This document shows positions 1 to 8,346 of a stretch of DNA of 64,000 nucleotides, one piece after another. The stretch lies in the IMG/VR virus record IMGVR_UViG_2558309062_000001, positions 1 through 64,000 of that record, one strand, 5' to 3'. Each line of letters begins with the position of its first letter. The first letter of the stretch is position 1. Below the pieces are notes generated by a model that saw only the letters and a list, made by a program, of their open reading frames with translations, searched no databases and had not been told where the DNA came from. Source of the stretch: a virus (lineage: Duplodnaviria > Caudoviricetes). The position numbers were made by a program, and so were the translations under genes.

Positions 1-1182
1 TCATCCGATCCTCCTCTTCAAAATTGTAAGCACCGGTCCGCGCGAGTCGGTCGCCGATACCTTGTTTGCTGCTTCTATCAGCTGACCAAGCTCCGCGCCG
101 GAGTAGTGACTGGTCACGCTGCCGTTCTTATGGCCCAATAGCGACTTGCGGTCCTCTTCACTAACGCCTGCTGCTTTCAGCCTCCTGCCGAAAGTGTGCT
201 TGAGGTCATGAATGCGTATGGATGCGAACCCGGGGTGTGCCGGCCGCAAGTGTTGCTCCTGCCAGAGCTTCGCCGCGCGCACCCGTGCTTTCTTCCAGGC
301 TGAGTCGTTCATGCGATGCATAGCCGTGCCGTTGTAGGGGAATACCCACTCCCGACTAATGCCGCGCTGACTATCTATTACCGACTTCGCCACGCTGTTC
401 AGCACTACCAGGCGCTCGTCCCGGTTCTTCACCCCCGAGTTTTCATGTCGGCCGCCAAACTCGGCCGGTATCAGAAACACGCTAGTACCAAGCTCCGGTA
501 CGAAGATTTCCCAGTCCCACCTCAACTTGCAGACCTCTTGCTCGCGGCAGCCCGTGTTCACCTTGAACAGGGCCATGCGCTGCAGGTGGTCCGGCAACTC
601 CCCGAAAAGAATCGACTGCTCCTCCCAGGTCATGGGGTAGGGCTTTCGGCTCGCCTTCTTCTCTTCCAGCTTGGTCAGCAGCGGTACGCTGTCGAGCCAA
701 GGCCTGCGTTCTTCGTCCCGCCACTTCCTGCAAGCCAGCGACAGCACGCGAATCGCACGCTCGATCGCGATGTTGATCGTTCGGTTGCTCACCCCCTTCT
801 TTATTGTCCCGTCCGGCAGAACGCTGTCCGCCTTTCGGTCCCGGATGAATGGCGCCAGTGCCTCATCATCGATATGCGTCAGAGGCAGGTGGCCGATGTA
901 GTCATCCAGCTGGCCAAGGTAGGTTGCGGTGACCTTGAATGACGGCTGGTCCTTGTGCTCAATCAGGTACCGCGCTGCCGCGGCACTGAAGGTCTTGATC
1001 TCTCGCACGCCATACACTTTGCGCAGCCGCATCTTCTCCAGAATGTGGATCAGGTACTGCTCGGCCTCTACCCTGTCAGTAGTGCCAGTGCTCTCTTGAA
1101 TTCGCTCCCCCCTGTAGACTTTGTCGATTTTCCAGATGCCGTTTGGCATTTTCTGGAGCCCTGTGATTGCCTTTTTGGCCAT
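1..1182 (-). CDS. int: Tyrosine integrase of prophage 1
   Basis: 393 aa; NTGCREQE (R), HDLKHTFG (HxxK), LLGH, SHY catalytic motifs. Confidence 0.95.
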   Translation of the reverse strand: MAKKAITGLQKMPNGIWKIDKVYRGERIQESTGTTDRVEAEQYLIHILEKMRLRKVYGVREIKTFSAAAARYLIEHKDQPSFKVTATYLGQLDDYIGHLPLTHIDDEALAPFIRDRKADSVLPDGTIKKGVSNRTINIAIERAIRVLSLACRKWRDEERRPWLDSVPLLTKLEEKKASRKPYPMTWEEQSILFGELPDHLQRMALFKVNTGCREQEVCKLRWDWEIFVPELGTSVFLIPAEFGGRHENSGVKNRDERLVVLNSVAKSVIDSQRGISREWVFPYNGTAMHRMNDSAWKKARVRAAKLWQEQHLRPAHPGFASIRIHDLKHTFGRRLKAAGVSEEDRKSLLGHKNGSVTSHYSGAELGQLIEAANKVSATDSRGPVLTILKRRIG

Positions 1183-1466
1183 GGAGTCTCCTTGGATTCC
1201 CCGGCCGTACTTCCGCTGCGGGGTCGATTGTTGTCCTGATTGCTGGCCTTTTCAACGGCCATGGCCTCGATGTAGGCGTCAGCCCAGGCATCCAGCTCGA
1301 GGCGATCGAAGCCGACGCCCTGCTTCCCGATAGGGAATTCACGGACATGCGGCCTGACGGTGTTCTTGAATTCGTCCTTGCACATGCCGAGGTAGCCCGG
1401 CGCGTCTTTCGCGCGCAGGAATCTAGGCTGCAAGGCTGTCGGTGCAGCTGCAGTGGCGTTTGCCAT
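1068..1466 (-). CDS. xis: Excisionase-like DNA-binding protein, overlapping the 5' end of int
   Basis: PRFLRAKDAPGYLGM...GFDRLELDAW resembles AlpA/Xis HTH; GGAG SD; directly upstream of int; homolog at 42701..43105. Confidence 0.75.
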   Translation of the reverse strand: MANATAAAPTALQPRFLRAKDAPGYLGMCKDEFKNTVRPHVREFPIGKQGVGFDRLELDAWADAYIEAMAVEKASNQDNNRPRSGSTAGESKETPWPKRQSQGSRKCQTASGKSTKSTGGSEFKRALALLTG

Positions 1467-1485
1467 GGGGTTCTCCTGCGGCCGA

Positions 1486-1662
1486 TCAGGCCGTGAAGTG
1501 GTGCCCGACCTTCGCCGCGCGGGCGGCTTCCTCGGTGCGGAACATGAGCCTGGTCTTGCTGGTTCTGCCCCAGGCGTTGTACTCGACATCGACCCACCAG
1601 GCGCCGAACTTGCGGTACGGCTCGCCGAGGATCTTCGTGACGTAACAGTCGATCAGGTTCAT
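1486..1662 (-). CDS. Small hypothetical phage protein (58 aa, MNLIDCYVTK...)
   Basis: GGAG SD; conserved homolog at 43125..43301. Confidence 0.7.
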   Translation of the reverse strand: MNLIDCYVTKILGEPYRKFGAWWVDVEYNAWGRTSKTRLMFRTEEAARAAKVGHHFTA

Positions 1663-1676
1663 GGATGGCTCCTGGC

Positions 1677-2414
1677 TCAGTCCCATCTGAGCTTTTCGGG
1701 CATTGGCGGGATTGTTTCGAGGGTGGCCAGATCGAGCAGGGTGAAATACCCGCCGTCCTTCGGCCGCCAGCCCATGGTGTCGATGTGGATGACGTTGCCG
1801 AGCGCCGCCGGCTTGTGCAGCGGGGTGTGGCCGACCACCAGCGCCCGTAGGCCGCGCACACCTTCGGTTTCGCCAAGCTCGATTCGGCTGCGCGACCACA
1901 TGCAGGTGTTCTGTGTAAGCCTCAGCTGCTTGGCGGTCTCCGGCGCTTCAAGCGCGGCCCGAAGCTGATCCCAGGACGGGAATGGGCAGTCGGCGTGCAC
2001 GACCCCGACAAGGCCGCCGGGCGTTTCAACCTCTATGGCTATCGGCAATTCGCGGAACTGGGCGGCGAACTCGCGCTGCTCATCCCAGGCCAGGCCGGCG
2101 AACCAGGCGCCGCCGTTGTAAACCCAGTTGTCCACGTCGCAGGTGTCGAACCGGCAGACATAGTCGTCATGGTTTCCGCGCACCGGGTGGAACCAAGGCT
2201 TGGCCAGCCAGGCGAGAACGTCGCGGCACTCGGGCCCACGGTCGACCATGTCACCAACGCTGAAAAGGCGGTCAACTGCCGGATCGAAGCCGGCAGCGTC
2301 CAGCGCGGCCTGCAGCCTGGTGAAGTGCCCGTGGATATCGCCGACCGCGAAATCGCGGCCAGCCGTGTTTGCGGCGAAGCGCTTAATGCGCACCACCTCG
2401 ATGGTTTCGAGCAT
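1677..2414 (-). CDS. Ser/Thr protein phosphatase (metallophosphoesterase, lambda NinI-like)
   Basis: GDIHG, GDMVDRGP, RGNHD, GHTP motifs. Confidence 0.92.
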   Translation of the reverse strand: MLETIEVVRIKRFAANTAGRDFAVGDIHGHFTRLQAALDAAGFDPAVDRLFSVGDMVDRGPECRDVLAWLAKPWFHPVRGNHDDYVCRFDTCDVDNWVYNGGAWFAGLAWDEQREFAAQFRELPIAIEVETPGGLVGVVHADCPFPSWDQLRAALEAPETAKQLRLTQNTCMWSRSRIELGETEGVRGLRALVVGHTPLHKPAALGNVIHIDTMGWRPKDGGYFTLLDLATLETIPPMPEKLRWD

Positions 2415-2438
2415 GTCAGCTCCTACGGGGAATTGATG

Positions 2439-2756
2439 TCAGGCCGTGGCCGTGGCGATGGTCTTCTCGAAACGAGCTGCCAGTTCGGCATTTACCTCGG
2501 CTTTAGCGAGGCTGTCGGCGGTGCCTTTGGCGCGGTGCAGGGTCTCGTATGCTCGCAGCTGTGCTGCAGCGTCGATCAGGTCATCCAGCAGCAGAGGGGA
2601 GGCCGCGATCAACTTTGCGTTTGCCATCTGATGCATTCCCCCATCTACCTGGCAGATGAAGTACTCGCCGTCACCAACGACGATGCTGAGTTTTCCGGGA
2701 TCCGCTTCAAGGCCTTTTTCGTCAATTACCCAAGGGCCTGGTTTGTGTTTCTTCAT
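2439..2756 (-). CDS. Hypothetical phage protein (KHKPGPW...ANAKLIAASP family)
   Basis: Common phage motif; GGAG SD after a hairpin; duplicated in prophage 2. Confidence 0.75.
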   Translation of the reverse strand: MKKHKPGPWVIDEKGLEADPGKLSIVVGDGEYFICQVDGGMHQMANAKLIAASPLLLDDLIDAAAQLRAYETLHRAKGTADSLAKAEVNAELAARFEKTIATATA

Positions 2757-2812
2757 GGCAATAGCTCTCCATGCCCGCGCATGTCGGCGGGCTTGAGTAG
2801 TAGGGGGAGGGG

Positions 2813-3220
2813 TTAGGCTTTCGGCGCGGCTGACTCTTGCCACTCGACTATGTCGGCGCCGAAGTCTTTGCTGGTGAAGGTGATGTTCCCGAAGCGCCAG
2901 TGGTAGGCAAATGGGCCGGTGCGCTCGCAGTTGGCCAGGACGCTGCCGCAGGATAGGCGAATGTCGATGCGCTCGAGCCCTGGGTCCTCATCTGGATCAG
3001 GCGTGCACCAATTTCCTGCGAGTTTGCGGACCTTGTAGACCACGGCGTCGATCTCGAATCCACCCCGTGACTGGCCGACAAGCGATGCAACGCGCCACAT
3101 GCCGGTTTGCCACCGGTCTTTCCTGGCCAGGGCGCCGTCTTCGCGGAACTCGTAATCCTCAACCTTTGCGTCGCGGAATTCAGGCTTCCTGAAGTCCAGC
3201 TCTGTCACTTCGCGACTCAT
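2813..3220 (-). CDS. Hypothetical phage protein
   Basis: MSREVTELDFRKPEF start with GGGG SD; duplicated in prophage 2. Confidence 0.65.
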   Translation of the reverse strand: MSREVTELDFRKPEFRDAKVEDYEFREDGALARKDRWQTGMWRVASLVGQSRGGFEIDAVVYKVRKLAGNWCTPDPDEDPGLERIDIRLSCGSVLANCERTGPFAYHWRFGNITFTSKDFGADIVEWQESAAPKA

Positions 3221-3266
3221 CGCGGCCCCCTGTAGATCAGGTAGGCCATGTACATCAGGGGCAGGA

Positions 3267-3620
3267 TCATAGAAGGTGTCCTCCGGATTCGAGCAGGGCG
3301 TCACGGTCCTGCCGCAGCTGATCGCGCTCCCTGATCAAGGCCTTGATCGCGGTTGAGATGTTGCGGTGCCCCAGCTCGATTGTGATGGCCTGGGCCTCGT
3401 CGAACAGCTTGACCTTCTGGTCTCGCTCCTCGGCTGCCCACCTGGCCATTTGCTTTTCCCGGATCTTGAGGCAGCGTTTGCAGGTGACGTGGCGCCAGTC
3501 GCTTGCCAGCTGCTCGTCTTCCATTTCGCCATCGGTACCGCACAGCACGTCTTCTGGCGGATCTTGATCGGCCTCAGTACCGCCATCCCACCCGTACATG
3601 TGAACGGCTCGCTTGCTCAT
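3267..3620 (-). CDS. Hypothetical protein with H/C..CxxC putative Zn site and C-terminal coiled coil
   Basis: VH...LCG...VTCKRC; ATGA coupling to the upstream gene. Confidence 0.7.
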   Translation of the reverse strand: MSKRAVHMYGWDGGTEADQDPPEDVLCGTDGEMEDEQLASDWRHVTCKRCLKIREKQMARWAAEERDQKVKLFDEAQAITIELGHRNISTAIKALIRERDQLRQDRDALLESGGHLL

Positions 3621-3949
3621 GGCATCAGTTCCTTCGGCACGTTGATGGTCTCGCCGCGGGCGTGGTGCACTACAGCGCGGGCTGCAGCTTCTGCCCTGGT
3701 GTCGCCGGGCTGGCGGTCCAGCGGATGACCTGATACGCAGGCCAGCCAGGGCCGGCTGTAGCCGCGATCGATCCAGATGCCGTGCTTCTGGATCAGGTGC
3801 TCTCCCGCCGCGTCGTCGATGGCCTGGCTGCCCAGTGGCAGTTGCAGTTGTCCGGCTGCCGCCGGCATCGGTCCGTCCACGCTCTCGACGGCCCAGAGCA
3901 GCGCCTTGCCGCCTAGGTCGCAGGTTTGCACCTTTATCAGGCCTGGCAT
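3617..3949 (-). CDS. DUF2591-like (phage ABA-sandwich) protein, paralog 2
   Basis: IKVQTCDLGGKALLWAV...VPKELMP. Confidence 0.65.
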   Translation of the reverse strand: MPGLIKVQTCDLGGKALLWAVESVDGPMPAAAGQLQLPLGSQAIDDAAGEHLIQKHGIWIDRGYSRPWLACVSGHPLDRQPGDTRAEAAARAVVHHARGETINVPKELMP

Positions 3950-4347
3950 GGGATCAGCTCCTTGGGCACTTGGACGGTATCGCCGAGCTTGGCGGCGACG
4001 ATGGCGCGGCACGCGGCGATCAGGGCTGTGCCGCCTGAATGCCAGAACGTCCTTCCGTCATCAGGTCGAGCCTGCCAGCCGATCTCGTTGTTTGTGTCTA
4101 TGACCGGGGGCGACGAGAGGTATACGCGGCACCGGTCAATAATCGGCCCGCCCAGCGCCCAGTCTTCCCACGGGTTGTAGCGCTTGGTGTACTCGGTGGC
4201 GCTGGCCTGGTACCGGGCGAACACGCGCCAGGGATTGCCGTACTGCGGCGGCACCAGAATCAGGTCCAGGCCTTCCGCCTTGCCGACGGCCCACCCCAGC
4301 GCCTCGCCGGCCAGGTCTGCCGTCTTCACTTCGATCAGGTCGGTCAT
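3937..4347 (-). CDS. DUF2591-like (phage ABA-sandwich) protein, paralog 1
   Basis: VKTADLAGEALGWAV, YNPWEDWALGGPII, LIAACRAIV...VPKEL. Confidence 0.75.
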   Translation of the reverse strand: MTDLIEVKTADLAGEALGWAVGKAEGLDLILVPPQYGNPWRVFARYQASATEYTKRYNPWEDWALGGPIIDRCRVYLSSPPVIDTNNEIGWQARPDDGRTFWHSGGTALIAACRAIVAAKLGDTVQVPKELIPCQA

Positions 4348-4856
4348 CTCTGCACCGCCTGCCAGAAAGGCCCCTTGTTGGTCACTAGCCCCTTCCGCTT
4401 CAGGCGCTGGCAGGCCTTGCTGATCTCCTCGCGAGACTCGCGGATGGTGCCGCGCATGGCGTGTGCAGTTGAGCCTTCGATGCCAAGCAAGTGCCCCAGG
4501 ACTCGCTCATCTGTCCCGCCGTCGAGCATCCCCTGGCCATACTTGGCTGCCACCGTGGCCACTGCCAAGCGCAGGGCGTTTCGCCGAGCGCCGGGGTCGT
4601 CTGCGTGGGGCACCTCGCATTGTTTGAAGCCGACATACGGCACATGGGCGGTAGCCCGAGCGAGGTGATGCAGGCAGCAGATGTCCATCCTGAGCTTCGC
4701 GATGATCAGCATCGTCTGGCGGTCATCCTGTGTCGGCAGCCAAGCCTCCCGGCCTGTCTCGGGGTCGTCGTAGTAGAAGGCGTCACTGCCGCGCCGGTAC
4801 TCCAGCACGAATCCCATGGCCTTGGCCGACAGCTTGATGATGTCTTCATCTGTCAC
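4344..4856 (-). CDS. Hypothetical protein with possible C-terminal winged helix
   Basis: 170 aa, coupled on both sides; ISKACQRLKRKGLV wHTH-like end. Confidence 0.65.
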   Translation of the reverse strand: MTDEDIIKLSAKAMGFVLEYRRGSDAFYYDDPETGREAWLPTQDDRQTMLIIAKLRMDICCLHHLARATAHVPYVGFKQCEVPHADDPGARRNALRLAVATVAAKYGQGMLDGGTDERVLGHLLGIEGSTAHAMRGTIRESREEISKACQRLKRKGLVTNKGPFWQAVQR

Positions 4857-5104
4857 AGTTCATACCTCTCATCAATCCAGCGCCCAGGCGCCAGAGCGGG
4901 TGTAGGTTCGGGTTGGGTTTCGTGCGGGGAGAGCTGGCGCTCGTTGCCGGCCTGCAGCTGGCTGTCGGGGATGCAGCTGATGCCGACCCCATTCAGCAGG
5001 TAGCAGGTGACGCCGCGCTGGCTGTCGTGCTGTACGTCGATGACGTTCTCGGTTGCGCTGGCGCCGGTGGCCAGCAGCAGGAGGCAGAGGGCGAGGCGGG
5101 TCAT
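4853..5104 (-). CDS. Small secreted protein
   Basis: Signal-peptide-like start; HD..RGVTC...GISCIP; homolog at 45732..46004. Confidence 0.7.
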   Translation of the reverse strand: MTRLALCLLLLATGASATENVIDVQHDSQRGVTCYLLNGVGISCIPDSQLQAGNERQLSPHETQPEPTPALAPGRWIDERYEL

Positions 5105-5895
5105 GCGGAGAGCTCCAGTTGTGGGTCGGCTTTGGCGGCCAGTTCGGCGACGACGATGGCGTAGGCCTCGGGGTGTTGCTTGTCGAATGGCGGCATGTTC
5201 TCGGTTTCGATCCAGGTTCCACGCACTGACCCGCGATCAAGCCAGCCAGGTTCGATGCCCCTTGGTCGCGTCCAGGCGGTCGGACTGATGCCGAGTTCCT
5301 GAATCTGCTTGGCCGCGATGTGACCCTGCGATCGCATCAAGGCGATAACCCGCAGCGCTGCTTCTTTCCAGGGTGTGAGGCTAACCGGGGAGGGGACGCC
5401 GGCCTGGTGTGCACCAACCGCCATTGGCACCCGGCATCGCTCTGTCGGGTTCCAGTCGAACAGGTGCAGGTACTCTTCGTTGACGAAGAACGACAACCAG
5501 TCCCGGTTGTCCACGCAACGCACATCGAATTCCCATCCTGACTTGTCGCCGCCACGAGACATCCAGCGGGGGAGCACAACAGGAACCCCGAGCAGACCCA
5601 GCATGCGGCAGATTCCGTGACTGGCATCGCTGGCCTTGCCGACGATCACCAGGCGATGGTCAGGGCCAGGCCTGCCGTAAAAGTTCTCGTAGTCCTTCGG
5701 CAGGATCTGGTCGGCCACCTTGGCGTTCAGGCTCATCTTCGCCTCGACGCCGATCTGTCGACCGCTGGTGTGCACGGCCAGGATGTCGAAGCCCGCAGCT
5801 TCGGGGTAGCAGGTCCAATCGGCCTGCTTGTTCATCGACTGGATGAAGGCCGCGCACAATTCGGCCTCCGTCTTGATCGGTGTCCTTTCGAGCAT
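5101..5895 (-). CDS. Putative PD-(D/E)xK nuclease-fold protein
   Basis: EAELC...YPE...FDILAV...IGVEAK; start re-assigned to the ATG after AAGGAA. Confidence 0.6.
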   Translation of the reverse strand: MLERTPIKTEAELCAAFIQSMNKQADWTCYPEAAGFDILAVHTSGRQIGVEAKMSLNAKVADQILPKDYENFYGRPGPDHRLVIVGKASDASHGICRMLGLLGVPVVLPRWMSRGGDKSGWEFDVRCVDNRDWLSFFVNEEYLHLFDWNPTERCRVPMAVGAHQAGVPSPVSLTPWKEAALRVIALMRSQGHIAAKQIQELGISPTAWTRPRGIEPGWLDRGSVRGTWIETENMPPFDKQHPEAYAIVVAELAAKADPQLELSA

Positions 5896-5900
5896 GTCGA

Positions 5901-5930
5901 TTCCTTGGCCGCCATATCGCGGCAGTGAAT
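5901..5930 (-). repeat. Solitary type I-F CRISPR-repeat-like unit, copy 1
   Basis: Minus strand ATTCACTGCCGCGATATGGCGGCCAAGGAA versus I-F repeat GTTCACTGCCGTATAGGCAGCTAAGAAA. Confidence 0.55.
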
Positions 5931-5944
5931 AGAGGGGAGAGGGT

Positions 5945-6097
5945 TTAGAAATCGAGAGAGTATTCAGCCAAGTAGGCTTCTTGCGGGGTCTGTCCGCGCG
6001 CCCAGTTGTATTCCTTCCACAGCTCTGGCATGCCGGGCGTATGGCCATGCTTTGCGGCCAAAGCCACCAATTCTTCCCACCACTGTTCCCAGCTCAT
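5945..6097 (-). CDS. 50-aa Trp-rich acidic protein, absent from the ORF track
   Basis: MSWEQWWEELVALAAKHGHTPGMPELWKEYNWARGQTPQEAYLAEYSLDF; ATGA coupling; same ORF at 46474..46626. Confidence 0.7.
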   Translation of the reverse strand: MSWEQWWEELVALAAKHGHTPGMPELWKEYNWARGQTPQEAYLAEYSLDF

Positions 6098-6393
6098 GGC
6101 TGGCCCTCCAGGCAGGACGGGATAAACGCGCCCAGCTCCAGGGCCTTGATCGCGATTTCACAGCCTGCTTCGGCCATAGCACGGGTGTTTGCCTCGCCGT
6201 CGCTGTAGCTGTCGGCGCCGGGAATCTCGACGCCATACTCGCCCCAGGCGCCTTCGAACTCGTCATCGAGCAGCACCAGGGCGCGCTCTTGGCCGTTCAG
6301 CCAGTAGCGGGTGACGAAGGTGCCGCCAGCAAGAGGTTGGCCGCGTTCCGGAAGATCGGCGGCGGCAATGGATTGCAGTACAGATTGGGTCAT
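6094..6393 (-). CDS. Hypothetical protein (N-terminal part of a DUF1566-associated phage family), probably truncated
   Basis: GQPLAGGTF...SYSDGEANTRAMAEAG...FIPSCLE ends where the block shared with prophage 2 begins. Confidence 0.55.
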   Translation of the reverse strand: MTQSVLQSIAAADLPERGQPLAGGTFVTRYWLNGQERALVLLDDEFEGAWGEYGVEIPGADSYSDGEANTRAMAEAGCEIAIKALELGAFIPSCLEGQP

Positions 6394-6478
6394 GACTTTC
6401 TCCAGGGTGTAGGCCGCCCTCCATGGCTGGTGGCGGTGTAGGTCGTTTGAACTGGGATTCGCCTGTCACGGCGATGCG

Positions 6479-6727
6479 TCACGCAGTGTCGATTAGCGCT
6501 AACAACTGCTCATCGGTAAGGCGATCGGCGCCGTGGATAAGGCGCGATATCAGGTCTTGCTCTTCGTCGATCTTGGCCCTTGCCATTGATCGCTTAAGCG
6601 CGTTGTCGGTGTTGTGATAAAGGTCCGTGACAATCCGGCGTGACAACAGCCGGGCTTCGCGCTCCTCTGCCGAGAGCTTGTCCCGCTCCCGCTGTTCCTT
6701 CTTGCGCTGGGCTGGCGTCTTCGCCAT
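6479..6727 (-). CDS. Hypothetical basic phage protein (MAKTPAQRK family)
   Basis: GGAGG SD; positional analog of 48661..48999. Confidence 0.7.
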   Translation of the reverse strand: MAKTPAQRKKEQRERDKLSAEEREARLLSRRIVTDLYHNTDNALKRSMARAKIDEEQDLISRLIHGADRLTDEQLLALIDTA

Positions 6728-6808
6728 TGCCGGTACCTCCCAAGCCGCTGGGCGGCAGATTGATGTGTTGCTGGCGCCGGCCGTGCCGCACGCGGGCGGT
6801 GATGCGTT

Positions 6809-6982
6809 TCATGGCCGGCACACCTCTACCAGGTCCGTCTTTCTGCCTCGGTAGGGGTTGGCCACCAGCTTCTTGCCTTGTTGCATGTAGACGGCCCAGG
6901 GCTGCTTGCTGCAGGCGGCCATCATCGCGGCGTACTTGATCACTGTAAGTGGGTCCATCGACTCGCGGCAGTGCACGGTCAT
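6809..6982 (-). CDS. Small hypothetical protein
   Basis: ATGA coupling to the ssb stop. Confidence 0.5.
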   Translation of the reverse strand: MTVHCRESMDPLTVIKYAAMMAACSKQPWAVYMQQGKKLVANPYRGRKTDLVEVCRP

Positions 6983-7452
6983 GCTCCCGCGAGGTGAGGT
7001 AGCGGGGCGAATGGGATGTCGTCGTCGAAGGCGTCGGGCGGCACACCTTGCTGGCTCGGCTGCGGAGCAGGTCGCTGACGCTGTGGCGTACCGCCTTCCT
7101 GGCCTTGTGGTCGCCCGCCCAGCAGCTGCATGGTGCCCTGCATGTCGACGACCACCTCGGTGGTGTAGCGCTTGATACCGTCCTTCTCCCACTCGCGGGT
7201 TTGAAGCTTGCCCTCGATGTACAGCTGGGAGCCCTTGCGGGCGTACTCTCCGGCAATCTCGGCGACCTTGCCGAACAGCACAACCCGGTGCCACTCGGTG
7301 CGCTCGACCTTCTGGTTGGAGCGCTTGTCGGTCCACTGTTCGCTGGTGGCCAGGCTGATGTTGGTCACGGCGCTGCCGTTTGGCAGGTAGCGCACCTCCG
7401 GGTCCTGGCCGACCGCGCCGACTAGGATGACCTTGTTTACGCCACGGCTCAT
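6979..7452 (-). CDS. ssb: Single-stranded DNA-binding protein
   Basis: [10 protein letters not shown]...TEWHRVV...DDDIPF. Confidence 0.96.
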   Translation of the reverse strand: MSRGVNKVILVGAVGQDPEVRYLPNGSAVTNISLATSEQWTDKRSNQKVERTEWHRVVLFGKVAEIAGEYARKGSQLYIEGKLQTREWEKDGIKRYTTEVVVDMQGTMQLLGGRPQGQEGGTPQRQRPAPQPSQQGVPPDAFDDDIPFAPLPHLAGA

Positions 7453-7787
7453 GCTGACGCCGCCCCGGCCAGCACGACCAACAGCAGGGCAAACAGGCTG
7501 ACCCAGCGGGTTGCGCGCTCGCCGATATGCCTGGCCTTGATGACTGCTGTAACCGGCATGACTCTGGCGTCGATCGCCCGCTCCAGGCTCTGCGCGTAAC
7601 GCACGGCCTGCGGGTAGCTGACATTGCGGCCGTACACGCGATTGTCGCTCGCCGAGACCACGGCCCAGCCGTTGCCGCTCTGGGTGACGAAGAAGCGCGA
7701 CTTGCTGCGGAAGGCCTCGGTTGCGGTGATGACTTCCTGACGCAGAACCTCGAGTTGGCCCTGGCTGTCTTTGATGGCTGCTTGCAT
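7449..7787 (-). CDS. Hypothetical protein with C-terminal transmembrane helix
   Basis: GAGG SD; [14 protein letters not shown]. Confidence 0.65.
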   Translation of the reverse strand: MQAAIKDSQGQLEVLRQEVITATEAFRSKSRFFVTQSGNGWAVVSASDNRVYGRNVSYPQAVRYAQSLERAIDARVMPVTAVIKARHIGERATRWVSLFALLLVVLAGAASA

Positions 7788-7806
7788 GTTGTGATCCTCG
7801 GTAGGG

Positions 7807-8190
7807 TCAGGCGTGGAGCTCGAAGGCCTCGGCCTTGCGAACGATTCGAACTTGGGCGGTTCGCCGCTCCGGCGCGCGGCGGTCGCGGCGCATCGGGTCA
7901 GCATCGTCGATCGCCGCATGCATGGCGATGAGGCCGGCGAGGGCGATACACAGCGGTCTGATGATCTGGCAGCGCATGGCTTCGGCGACCATCGCAGCGC
8001 GCCTGGCAACCTTGAGCTTCAGCATTGCGTCACCGATGCGCTTCTCGACACCGCTTTCGCTGATGCCGAAGTGCCTGGCGATTTCCTTGGTGGTGAAGCC
8101 CTGGGCAACATCCAGAAGGCATTGAAGTTCGCGAGGCGCCAGGCCTCGGCCGAGATGGCCTATCCATGCGCCGACGGTGATCGTGTCCAT
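7807..8190 (-). CDS. LuxR-type HTH transcriptional regulator
   Basis: LAPRELQCLLDVAQGFTTKEIARHFGISESGV. Confidence 0.88.
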   Translation of the reverse strand: MDTITVGAWIGHLGRGLAPRELQCLLDVAQGFTTKEIARHFGISESGVEKRIGDAMLKLKVARRAAMVAEAMRCQIIRPLCIALAGLIAMHAAIDDADPMRRDRRAPERRTAQVRIVRKAEAFELHA

Positions 8191-8346
8191 GATGTGTTCT
8201 CGGGGTGGATCGGGGAGGCAGTTGCAAGCGTTGGGTTTGCAACTGGGCATCAACACCGAAGAGCGTCCTGGTGAACTGTTTCCCCCGATTGATGGGGTAG
8301 GGCGCTCTGCGGTGGTGATGAGCCCCGGCAGGGCCGGGGCGGTGAG

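Larger units (their letters stand above)
2386..3628. repeat. Direct repeat copy 1 (about 1.24 kb), identical by eye to 44025..45267
   Basis: All ORF-track translations in the block recur exactly at offset +41639. Confidence 0.9.

Noticed and set aside
5901-5930. CRISPR array
   Set aside because: One unit per prophage, no spacer-repeat periodicity and no cas genes
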